Shown here: positions 9,959-18,894 of the stretch, one piece after another | Numbering within the stretch: the first letter of the stretch is position 1 | Layout of the letters: every line of letters starts with the position of its first letter | Made by a program: the position numbers and the translations under genes | DNA from: an uncultured Methanosarcinales archaeon | Lineage (GTDB): Archaea; Nanobdellota; Nanobdellia; Woesearchaeales; DATDXC01 | Assembly: GCA_964510025.1 (NCBI GenBank) | Contig: CAZDZV010000003.1 | Coordinates: 62,001-126,000, forward strand | Length of the DNA: 64,000 nt | Direction of reading: 5' to 3' | The notes under the pieces: model-generated | What the model saw: only the letters and a program-made list of their open reading frames with translations | Databases searched by the model: none | Told to the model about the DNA's origin: nothing

Positions 9959-11001
9959 CTTGAAAATCGCTCATGATCAATAAATGATCTGATTGTCTTT
10001 ATTTTATTCCTGTTTACTCCCACCAAGGACCTAGCGAACACGTTAGTGGGCACTATAACTATATCTGCGAGATTGAGAAGAAAGTCCAGATGTCTATCCA
10101 ACTTGGACCGGGAATAGGATTTCAATGTATGGACTGCTGTGGTTCTCAGAATGACTTTTGCAAGAAAAGTCTTCAATAGGAGAATTTTAGAAGAACTGAA
10201 GCTATGGATTATATCAAATTTAGTTCCCTGTTTCTTCAGGGCAATGATGGGCGACAGTATCTTATTGATGAATCTAGGTAAGATGGGCCCCCTATGTATA
10301 GGGATTCCCCTGAAATGGCTATGCGGAGGAAACCTTTTGTCTCCTTCGGAGATTATATATGGATTGTGCTTATGTTTCTTCAGTTCTTTTGCTAGCAAAA
10401 GCAGAGTTATATGGGATGATTCTGAATATTTATTTGTAAATGTCGCAGGCAACAAAGCAATATTTAATTTTTTTTCCGTATTGTATATCCTTAGGTATTC
10501 TTTAATGACCTTTTTTAGGTCAAAATCCTTTGATTTTTTGTAAGCAGCTGCAGCAATCTTCTTTCTTAGCGCACTGCTACTAAGAAGCCGGTCTATCTCT
10601 TCGGCCAGGGAGATACTGTCTTTTGGTTTGGCCATCAACACATGCTTATCTTTCTTGACTATCTCCCTAAGCTCAGGAAGATCTGTTGTAACTACAGGCT
10701 TTTTAGCAGCCATAGCCTCGAGCAAACATGAAGGATTTCCTTCTGTGCCTACCAGGTCCTTGTAGGGCAGAACCACTATATCAGCTTCTTTAACATATCT
10801 TTCAATATTAGGAAGCGGCTTGCATATGAATACTATCCTGTCTTGGATCTCTTGGGGAACAGTGTAGACTTTCTTAGAGTCGTCCCTTGTGATTACTGTT
10901 AGCACAGAGTTTTTATGATCTAGATGTACCAAAGCCTCTATTAGAACGCCTAATCCCTTATTTTCCAGAGAGCTTCCAAAGAACAGAATTTTTTGTCTCA
11001 T
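9955..11001 (-). CDS. Glycosyltransferase family 4 with permuted domain order
   Basis: Start re-called at MRQKIL (ATGA overlap with neuC stop); ILFFG..KG, DIVVLPY, EGNPSCLLEAMAAKKPVVTT lie in the N-terminal half. Confidence 0.8.
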   Translation of the reverse strand: MRQKILFFGSSLENKGLGVLIEALVHLDHKNSVLTVITRDDSKKVYTVPQEIQDRIVFICKPLPNIERYVKEADIVVLPYKDLVGTEGNPSCLLEAMAAKKPVVTTDLPELREIVKKDKHVLMAKPKDSISLAEEIDRLLSSSALRKKIAAAAYKKSKDFDLKKVIKEYLRIYNTEKKLNIALLPATFTNKYSESSHITLLLLAKELKKHKHNPYIISEGDKRFPPHSHFRGIPIHRGPILPRFINKILSPIIALKKQGTKFDIIHSFSSSKILLLKTFLAKVILRTTAVHTLKSYSRSKLDRHLDFLLNLADIVIVPTNVFARSLVGVNRNKIKTIRSFIDHERFSR

Positions 11002-12119
11002 ATATCCACAAACTGCTTTTGGGTGGGGGTATCCCATATTTGTTCGTCAGTTATGACTTTAAGAAATCTGCTGGCGCTTCTACCATCACCAAACTCATTG
11101 CTTTTTTGCACCTTAATCCTTCGTGTTTTTTCTATAGCCTCTAAGATTTCCTGTGCATTATGGCCCACGTGAATTATATCCTTATTTTTACTTCGGTTGT
11201 TCTGTCTGCTGCCAATGTTGATGGAAGGTACACCATAGAATATTGCTTCCCTGATGCCCGCACTTGAATTGCCGATTATGAATTTCGCATTTTTCAGCAA
11301 AGTAAGATAGCTTTCAAACCTCATCGATGGCAGTATCCTAAAATTTCTGTCGGATTTCAGTTTTTTTATCTCCCTTAAGATAATTTCTGAACCTGTATCG
11401 TTGTTCGGATAGATTACCACATAATTTTTTTTAGATTTCTTTGCAGCATTAACTACCTCTTTGATATGGATCTCCAGCTCTTCTAGCTCTGTGGTGACTG
11501 GATGATAGCAGAATATCGCATACTCTTTGTAGGGTATCTCATAGTGGGTTTTTACAAACTCGAGAGAAGGAAGGTTATCAGAAGTCATAATATCAATATC
11601 AGGAGAGCCGATCACAAATATGCTGTCCTTTCTCTCGCCAAGCTGAATCACCCTTTTTTTGGCAGCTTCATTGGCCACCAGATGTATGTGACTCATTTTG
11701 GTTATAGTGTGCCTTATTACTTCATCTACTGTGCCTGACACTTCTCCGCCCTCTATATGCGCTACAAGGACATTTACCAGCATCCCAACTACAGCCCCAG
11801 CCAGGGCTTCTACCCTATCCCCATGGACAATAATCATATCAGGATTAAGCTCCTTAACATAATTACCAAAGCCAACTATTGTATTCGATAGAACGACATC
11901 CATATCAGTATTATCTGTCTGATTGTTAAAAGGGTATATGTTATTATAGTTGTTTTCTTCTATCTCTGTTATTGTCTGGCCGTATTTTGATAGCATATGC
12001 ATACCTGTTACAAATATATGGCATTCAAATGCATCATTCTTCTGGATCACATCTATCAGGGGCTTCAGCTTTCCAAAGTCCGCTCTAGTTCCAGTTACAA
12101 ATACTATCTTCTTAACCAA
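10998..12119 (-). CDS. neuC: UDP-GlcNAc 2-epimerase (hydrolysing)
   Basis: VTGTRADFG, TGMH, HGDRVE, HIEGGE, GNSSAGIRE, GSRQNNR. Confidence 0.92.
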   Translation of the reverse strand: MVKKIVFVTGTRADFGKLKPLIDVIQKNDAFECHIFVTGMHMLSKYGQTITEIEENNYNNIYPFNNQTDNTDMDVVLSNTIVGFGNYVKELNPDMIIVHGDRVEALAGAVVGMLVNVLVAHIEGGEVSGTVDEVIRHTITKMSHIHLVANEAAKKRVIQLGERKDSIFVIGSPDIDIMTSDNLPSLEFVKTHYEIPYKEYAIFCYHPVTTELEELEIHIKEVVNAAKKSKKNYVVIYPNNDTGSEIILREIKKLKSDRNFRILPSMRFESYLTLLKNAKFIIGNSSAGIREAIFYGVPSINIGSRQNNRSKNKDIIHVGHNAQEILEAIEKTRRIKVQKSNEFGDGRSASRFLKVITDEQIWDTPTQKQFVDI

Positions 12120-13140
12120 TTTGATCCCACCTTAGTTGCGAATTTTTTTCTATTTTGACTTTTGCCCTTTTGCCCAGGACCTTTTCATAATCTTTGGCAG
12201 GTATATTTCCTGTGCCAGGCCTTTTGACCCAAAGGTTTCGTTCTGTCAGCAATTCGCCTTTCCCTATGTTATCTATAGCAACTACACTGGCATAAGCAAA
12301 GTCTATCGTTGGTTGTTCTTCCTTGAGGATACTTTTCGTCCCCCCCATAGCCTGCTTTATGGCTTTTGCACCGTGAATCAGGTCAGCTAATCCAGCCGGA
12401 TCAATTGAGATGGGGACATCCGGACCAGGCCATTTTTTATCCGAGGTAAAATGCTTTTCCACAATCGATGCACCTAGTGCCACAGCTGCAAAACAGGTGT
12501 AATTGCCAATGGAATGGTCACTTAGCCCAATGACTGCTCTTGGGAAGGCATCCTGCAGTTGTTTTAAGGCGCCCAGCCTTACCTTGTCATAGGGCGTAGG
12601 GTACATTGAAGTACAGTGCATAAGGGCATATTCTACATTTGCCTTCTCAAGAATTGAAACGCTTCTTTTTATGCTATTTATGTCATTCATACCTGTGCTT
12701 AAAATACAAGGCTTTTGGAAAGAAGCGAGATGCTTTATCAGAGGATAATTATTGCATTCGCCAGAGCCTATCTTATAGGCAATTAGGCCCATCTTTTCCA
12801 GCCTGTCGGCAGCGGCTCTTGAAAATGGGGTATTAAGGTAAATCATACCCAGCTTTTCTACATAGTCTTTGAGAGAGCGTTCCTGATCCTCATCAAGGGA
12901 GCATCTTTCCATAATCTCATATATAGATTCATCTGAGTTCCCAGGTATGACTTTCTTGGCTTCAGGCACCATCTCATCTTCTACGATATGGCACTGGAAC
13001 TTAACACATTCAGCACCCGCGTTATGGGCATCTTTTACCATTTGTTTCGCTTTTTTAAAATCACCTTCATGATTTATGCCTATATCAGCTATAACTAACG
13101 GAGCGTATTCCTTTCCCACCAGTCTACTTCCTATTTTCAT
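12112..13140 (-). CDS. neuB: N-acetylneuraminate synthase with C-terminal SAF domain
   Basis: IGINHEG, KFQ, TPFS, KIGSGE, LSTGM, HCTSMYP, GLSDH, EKHFT, KRPG. Confidence 0.93.
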   Translation of the reverse strand: MKIGSRLVGKEYAPLVIADIGINHEGDFKKAKQMVKDAHNAGAECVKFQCHIVEDEMVPEAKKVIPGNSDESIYEIMERCSLDEDQERSLKDYVEKLGMIYLNTPFSRAAADRLEKMGLIAYKIGSGECNNYPLIKHLASFQKPCILSTGMNDINSIKRSVSILEKANVEYALMHCTSMYPTPYDKVRLGALKQLQDAFPRAVIGLSDHSIGNYTCFAAVALGASIVEKHFTSDKKWPGPDVPISIDPAGLADLIHGAKAIKQAMGGTKSILKEEQPTIDFAYASVVAIDNIGKGELLTERNLWVKRPGTGNIPAKDYEKVLGKRAKVKIEKNSQLRWDQIG

Positions 13141-14560
13141 CGTAATGCCTCGTTCCTCTGAATTTCAGACTTTTTCCTTTGTATAAATCTTTCAGGGCTT
13201 CTATGTATCGCTCAGCTTCTTCCATGTCCCCTTCTGTATTTCTATAATGGTCAAGTATAAGCTCTTTGTTTGCCGCATGAAGCGCATCATATGCTTCTTC
13301 ATCAGACATGTCCATTACATTAACCAGCATAAGGTCTGAATTTTTGAACCTATCAAAAAAATCTTCAGGACCGCTAAGTTTCCCCATCTTTATCAAAGTA
13401 TAATACAGGTCAGATCCAGGGTAAGGGGTGACGGGCCGGATTGTCCTGCAGTGGCTGTAGGTGTTGTACTGTTTGATTAGCCTGACATTCTCCTGCAGGC
13501 TGTCTTTGGTATCACCCAGATTATTCCATATGAAATTTAAGCCTACGCCAATGCCACCGACTTCCTTGATCATCCTTAACACTTCCAGGTTTTGCTCGGC
13601 AGTTGCATTTTTATTCATCTTTTTTAACACGTCGTTGCTGCTGGATTCAAAGCCTATGTTAATGAACTGGCAGCCGCACCTCTTAAGTATCTCTATCAGT
13701 TCCTTATCCATTATGTCTACTCTAGCGTTACATGTAAATTTTATCTTAAGATCCTTTTCTTTAAGGGCCTTTTCAAAATTAAGCATCCTTTTTTTGCTTA
13801 CAACAAACAGCTCATCATAAGTTATGAAGTAGTCCACTCCGTATTTATCATGCAGGATTTTTATTTCTTCAATTATGTTCCTTATCGACCTTAATCTGAT
13901 ACCTTTCTCCATCCTATAACAGAAATTGCATCTATTAACGCAGCCTCGGCTGGTCAGGATTCCAATACTTTTTTCATTTTTCTCCTGATTGAAGAGCTTC
14001 AGGCAGGTAGTGTATCTTTCCATCGGAAATATCTCCCATAAGGGAAATGGAATCTCATCTATGTTCTTGTAAATTTTGTTCGGTCCTGTTATGACAACTT
14101 GATTATTTCTCATAAAAGCAATGCCATCCACTTCATCGAGGTTTTTGCTTCTAACCTTACATCTTAATAGGTCCACAATAGTCTCTTCAGCTTCCCCTAT
14201 TGTTATTATATCAGCATTAGTCTCCCTTAAAGTATATTCAGGTATTGGCGAAGGTCCGTGGCTTCCAAGAACCAGCCATGCATTCTTTTTGTGTTTGTTA
14301 ATCACCCTGCATAGTTCACGAACAGTTTCATTGAATCTCGCCGCCAAATAGCCTACCCCTATTATGTCATAGGCATTGTTATCCAGATGCTCAGCAAGCT
14401 GCTCATTGGTATAGTGAAAAATGTCCATACAATATGCTTCTACAGAGGCCCCTTTTTTTTCCAATACAGCAGCAAGGTATGCTGGCCCAAGAGGGAAATG
14501 ATTATCTTCCTGATACACATCATGCACTATGAATAGGACTTTATCTTTTTTTGTAAACAT
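13124..14560 (-). CDS. Cobalamin-binding radical SAM enzyme (class B methyltransferase-like)
   Basis: PLGPAYLAAVL, GSHGPS, GEAE, TSRGCVNRCNFC, IGFES, TPYPGS. Confidence 0.85.
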   Translation of the reverse strand: MFTKKDKVLFIVHDVYQEDNHFPLGPAYLAAVLEKKGASVEAYCMDIFHYTNEQLAEHLDNNAYDIIGVGYLAARFNETVRELCRVINKHKKNAWLVLGSHGPSPIPEYTLRETNADIITIGEAEETIVDLLRCKVRSKNLDEVDGIAFMRNNQVVITGPNKIYKNIDEIPFPLWEIFPMERYTTCLKLFNQEKNEKSIGILTSRGCVNRCNFCYRMEKGIRLRSIRNIIEEIKILHDKYGVDYFITYDELFVVSKKRMLNFEKALKEKDLKIKFTCNARVDIMDKELIEILKRCGCQFINIGFESSSNDVLKKMNKNATAEQNLEVLRMIKEVGGIGVGLNFIWNNLGDTKDSLQENVRLIKQYNTYSHCRTIRPVTPYPGSDLYYTLIKMGKLSGPEDFFDRFKNSDLMLVNVMDMSDEEAYDALHAANKELILDHYRNTEGDMEEAERYIEALKDLYKGKSLKFRGTRHYDENRK

Positions 14561-15221
14561 TTTTCAAATAATGACTGGCTAAAATCCAGTCTTTTTCATT
14601 ATCTATATCTATCGAGCTGATATCATCCATTATAATGGCCCTTGTATCACCGCCAAAAACACTTTTTGCCTGCCTCATCAGGATGTCTTTTTTCATAAGG
14701 TATACGGCGCCGTTAATCAGGTATAACTTCGAATCCTGTCTTCTTGTAGCAATCTTCTTGGTTGTCATGCTTAGCCTATCTTTTTTAATCTTTACTATGT
14801 TGGACTGGCTATGCCCAAGTCTACGCACCGATACCACTGAATCACATTCAGGCAGCTTCCTTATAGCTTGATCTATATGTTCTGCTTTCCTTAAAGGAGA
14901 TGTGGGCTGCAGCAGCAGGATATGGTCGTAGTGACCTGCTTTTTTTACAACCTCCTTCAGGACCGGCAGCATTGGAGTATCGTCTTTGGCAAGCTTTTTT
15001 GATCTTTTAATGATATCTATGTTGTATTTCCTGGCGATTAGTGCAATATCGGGGTCTTCTGTAGTGACTATAATCCTATCAATATATCTAGACCTTTTTG
15101 CCTGTTTTATGGTATAATATATCAACGGCCTCCCGTTCAGAAGCTTAATGTTCTTCTTTCTTATGCCTTTTGAGCCGCCTCTTGCAGGTATCACCGCCAG
15201 AATTTTTTTATTTTTGTACAT
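14541..15221 (-). CDS. neuA: Acylneuraminate cytidylyltransferase (CMP-NeuAc synthetase)
   Basis: IPARGGSKGIRKKN, LQPTSPLR, NGAVY, DIDNEKD. Confidence 0.92.
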   Translation of the reverse strand: MYKNKKILAVIPARGGSKGIRKKNIKLLNGRPLIYYTIKQAKRSRYIDRIIVTTEDPDIALIARKYNIDIIKRSKKLAKDDTPMLPVLKEVVKKAGHYDHILLLQPTSPLRKAEHIDQAIRKLPECDSVVSVRRLGHSQSNIVKIKKDRLSMTTKKIATRRQDSKLYLINGAVYLMKKDILMRQAKSVFGGDTRAIIMDDISSIDIDNEKDWILASHYLKNVYKKR

Positions 15222-16683
15222 CTTTTTTCACCAACTCCACTATCCTTTTGGATGCCCGGCCGTCTATCCTACCCAGAACCTTTTTGATAAAGTCAGCGCT
15301 TCTAGCTTTAAAAAGGTTTTTATGTTTCAACACTTTTTTGACTGATGATTTAATATCATCTTTATAGCTTATGTTTAAGGTAACATCTTCTTTTGTAATC
15401 CATTCTACAACAAAATCATCTTCCAGTATATTTAAGGTTATCACTGGCTTTCCAAGTATCATTGCTTCAAGAGCTACATTGGAACCAAAGTGGACAATAC
15501 AGGCAGATTCGCTTATCAGCCTGTAGAAATCTTTTCCAGTATCAGTATTTAATTCATCGGCCATTTCTTTGTATTCGGCTAAGTTCTTTTCACGCGGATG
15601 AGGCTTTATGATTATCTTGTAGTCCAGGGATTTCAACTGACCAATAATCTTTTTGAATCTCAGAAAATATTCTTTCCTGTTAAGATAACCCTCTTCTATA
15701 ATCGGGCTCGTCGCTATAAGAATCTGCTTATTCTCTGACTGATCCTTGATATATGGGAATATCTCATCATACACAACAGGACCAGTTATTATAATGTCTT
15801 CAGCAGGGATTCCTAAGCTAATAAGCTCATGCTTTGAGACTTCACCGAAAACCAGGAATCTGGCCCTGATTTCTGGATTTGCCAGCCGTTCAGGTGTCAC
15901 ATCATATCCATGTTGCACATAATAGATGGGTATATTCTGGCAGGCAGCAAACAGGCATTTTTCAAATATGCTTGAGGCTCCTGTAACAATTACTGCCCGG
16001 ATATTTTCTTTTTCTACAATCTTTTTCATAGTGTGGCAATACAACACTACGAAATACAGAAACTGTTCAGAGAAAAACAGATCAAAAGCATATTTAAATC
16101 GGGGCCAATAAGAGCCTAGAAGCCTATGCTTAAAATTCTTATGCAGGCTTCTCCACTGGCTATGGATAATTTTTGATTCTTTTTTTGCCTTCTGTTTTAT
16201 GTCGTCGTCCACATACTCGTAGATGCAGCTGTATTTTGCCAATTTCTTGTAATTTCTGGAAGAAAGTGGATCTGCAAATAAGACGAGATCGTTGATACCT
16301 TGCTTTCTCATCTCTTCTAAAACGGTCTGAATACGGAACATCCTTCCATTGGATTCAAAGTTAGAGAATGTCAGCAGAAGCACCTTTTTAGTTTTATCAA
16401 ATGTTTTTTTTTTGCTAAAATATCTGATCTTCTTATTCTCGTTGTACCAGATAAATCTGGCCAGAATTTTTGACCATATGGCAAACCTTATCTTATGGAA
16501 CATGGAAAATTTTCTTATGTAGTAAGGATTTATCTGCTTAGGCAGTACGTGGGCTGCAAAAAGCCTCCTATAAAACCAGCCAACAGGCAAGCTGCCAATC
16601 TTCAGAATGTCATCTAGGCGGATATCATCTACCTTTCTCTTTCCCCAGTCTATCACAAACTTCTCTAGGTCAGTTTTTTCCAT
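15208..16683 (-). CDS. GT-B fold protein, putative nonulosonate (sialyl)transferase
   Basis: QHG, TGPVVYD, IKPHPRE, SNVALEAMILGKPV, DGRASKRI; overlaps neuA. Confidence 0.6.
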   Translation of the reverse strand: MEKTDLEKFVIDWGKRKVDDIRLDDILKIGSLPVGWFYRRLFAAHVLPKQINPYYIRKFSMFHKIRFAIWSKILARFIWYNENKKIRYFSKKKTFDKTKKVLLLTFSNFESNGRMFRIQTVLEEMRKQGINDLVLFADPLSSRNYKKLAKYSCIYEYVDDDIKQKAKKESKIIHSQWRSLHKNFKHRLLGSYWPRFKYAFDLFFSEQFLYFVVLYCHTMKKIVEKENIRAVIVTGASSIFEKCLFAACQNIPIYYVQHGYDVTPERLANPEIRARFLVFGEVSKHELISLGIPAEDIIITGPVVYDEIFPYIKDQSENKQILIATSPIIEEGYLNRKEYFLRFKKIIGQLKSLDYKIIIKPHPREKNLAEYKEMADELNTDTGKDFYRLISESACIVHFGSNVALEAMILGKPVITLNILEDDFVVEWITKEDVTLNISYKDDIKSSVKKVLKHKNLFKARSADFIKKVLGRIDGRASKRIVELVKKDVQK

Positions 16684-17912
16684 GTTTTTTCTATTATAAA
16701 CTTAATATTCTTGTCTATATCTTCAGCTGTATCCAGGATTGCAGTGTGTCTTATTTTTCTGTATCTTCTGATTTCAGCTTCAAGTACTTGCTTATCAATC
16801 TTTGGCCTTATAGCTGATTTTTTCACGGCTGAAAACATCCGGCTGTCTTTTTTCCGGGTGTTGATAAGTTGCGGGCTGCATTCTGTGAGGAACACAAAGT
16901 CAGGAGCAGGAAAAATTTTACATAAAAAATCGAGGATTCGTGATTTGCTATATTGCGCTTTGAAGTCGTAGAAATACCTGTCAGTCATGACCAGCATGTT
17001 TTTTCTAAGCTTGGGGTAAATCTTGAAGATATACCTTAACAGATATTCAAAAAAATCATATATCAGGATAATATCTTTCTTAAGGCTTTTAGGCGAGGCT
17101 GTCATTTGCTTGTGGAGCTGCATTTTTTTTGTCGATTTTGACAGCAATTTTGTTAATGGAAAAAAGGGATCCCACCCAAAATAATATCCCGACTGCCCGT
17201 TAAAGAAAGAAGATATAGGCCTGTATCTTTCAAGTGTCTTTCTTGTCAGCGTTGTTTTTCCTGATCCATTTGCCCCTATCAAAGATATCAAGCATCCCTT
17301 TCTGGATAGGGATATCTTTCTTTTTAGATAGTTGAGAACCTTTAGGCTTATGGAAAACCATTCCTTAGGAGCCAGGATGGCTTTCCTTAGGATATTCAGG
17401 TAAAGAGCAATCTTGCTCGGCTGCCTGTTTTTTATAATTGCATTGAATAGGCTGCCGGGATTTATATATTCCCAATCAAGATTTTTTTCCAGCAATCTTC
17501 TGATTATTTTCTGAGTATGCGGATCAATCTCAAAATTTTCATATATTATGTGGTTTACATGTATGATCAGGCTATCTTCAGGTGAGGGAAGTTTCCCTTT
17601 TTTTCTGGAAAAGATATGCTGTTTGTCCAGGATTACCAGATTATGCCAGGCAATCTCCCTGTGGAGATGGATAGCAATCAGCTTTGAGTTAATCAGCTTT
17701 ACGTACATCCTTTTGTACTTTTCAACCGATTCCGGCAAATAGAGGATGAACCCTTTTTTTTCCAGTGTTTTTGAAGCACCTTCATAGTCCTCTCTGTCAA
17801 GAAACAGAATATCAACATTAGAATTCCTGCCTTCAAAAATCCTTTCACACTTGAAGAGAAGGTAATCCAGGTTTTTGAACAGCCTTATTGTATCTTGAAT
17901 CTCCTTAAGCAT
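16665..17912 (-). CDS. Second nucleotidyltransferase-like / thymidylate-kinase-like fusion
   Basis: YLLFK..SNVDIL, IHLHREIAW; GANGSGKTT, TDRYFYD, PAPDFVF. Confidence 0.65.
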   Translation of the reverse strand: MLKEIQDTIRLFKNLDYLLFKCERIFEGRNSNVDILFLDREDYEGASKTLEKKGFILYLPESVEKYKRMYVKLINSKLIAIHLHREIAWHNLVILDKQHIFSRKKGKLPSPEDSLIIHVNHIIYENFEIDPHTQKIIRRLLEKNLDWEYINPGSLFNAIIKNRQPSKIALYLNILRKAILAPKEWFSISLKVLNYLKRKISLSRKGCLISLIGANGSGKTTLTRKTLERYRPISSFFNGQSGYYFGWDPFFPLTKLLSKSTKKMQLHKQMTASPKSLKKDIILIYDFFEYLLRYIFKIYPKLRKNMLVMTDRYFYDFKAQYSKSRILDFLCKIFPAPDFVFLTECSPQLINTRKKDSRMFSAVKKSAIRPKIDKQVLEAEIRRYRKIRHTAILDTAEDIDKNIKFIIEKTWKKLT

Positions 17913-18894
17913 TTTTCAACAGATTATAATATTCGTTTAACATGTTTTTTTCATTGTGGTCACTTATTACCTTTTTTCGTGCCATTTTGCCGAGTTTTTG
18001 CCTTATTCCTGGGCTGTCTATCAGATAACAAATAGCTTTTTGGATCTGCCTGACAGAATAAGGAGAAACATATATGACAGAGTCTCCACATATCTCCCTG
18101 ATGTTCGGAAGATCGGTCGTTATTATTGCGCATTCACAGGCCATAGCCTCGAGAAGGACCAAAGGCGTCACGATTCCTGCATTTTCATAGCGAAACGGCA
18201 GCACGAGGATATCAACCTGATTGTATATATCCACAATATTGCCTGCTCTTCCATGCACCTTTATATTATTGTTTATCTTTTTTGCATATTTTGCCGTATT
18301 TCTGGAATAATCGCTAAGATAGACATCTATATTGTTTTTTATACCTGCAAAACTGTCGATAGCCTCCTTAAGTCCGCGTGAAGGGCCGTTATGTCCGATA
18401 TAGGCTATGTTAATGCCTTTTTTCTTCTTGGTTTTTCTGAACTTAGTTATATCAATGCCAATTTTGATCACTTTACAGGGAATCTTAAATTGTTTTTTGA
18501 CGCTATTCAGCTGCACTATCAGTTTGGCTTTTTTGAAAATCTGCCTTTTTGCAATCATGGGGATCAGATAGGACAGTGAGTTAAGGAAAAAATGTTTGAA
18601 TCTCTGGAGGAGATTTCTGCAGTCGTATTTTTTGTCTCGGAAATATATAATGTATTCTATAAAAGACCGAAGATAGCCATAATAGCTGGATTTTGGCGTA
18701 ATATAGTAAGAAAGGATGACTGGCCTTATCTTGAGTATTTCAAGAAAACCAGATGAATGAACATTGTAGAGGTCTGCTTTTCTGTTCAGGACAACATCCA
18801 AGTTTTTTGATTTTAGATGACTGTATATCTTTTTTCCAATCTTTGTTGAAGCTTCCTCTGCCCTCTCAGCTGAGTTCACAAGAATAGATATCAT
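17905..18894 (-). CDS. Glycosyltransferase family 4
   Basis: DILVLPF, PLVLLEAMAC..IITTD in canonical C-terminal position. Confidence 0.85.
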   Translation of the reverse strand: MISILVNSAERAEEASTKIGKKIYSHLKSKNLDVVLNRKADLYNVHSSGFLEILKIRPVILSYYITPKSSYYGYLRSFIEYIIYFRDKKYDCRNLLQRFKHFFLNSLSYLIPMIAKRQIFKKAKLIVQLNSVKKQFKIPCKVIKIGIDITKFRKTKKKKGINIAYIGHNGPSRGLKEAIDSFAGIKNNIDVYLSDYSRNTAKYAKKINNNIKVHGRAGNIVDIYNQVDILVLPFRYENAGIVTPLVLLEAMACECAIITTDLPNIREICGDSVIYVSPYSVRQIQKAICYLIDSPGIRQKLGKMARKKVISDHNEKNMLNEYYNLLKNA

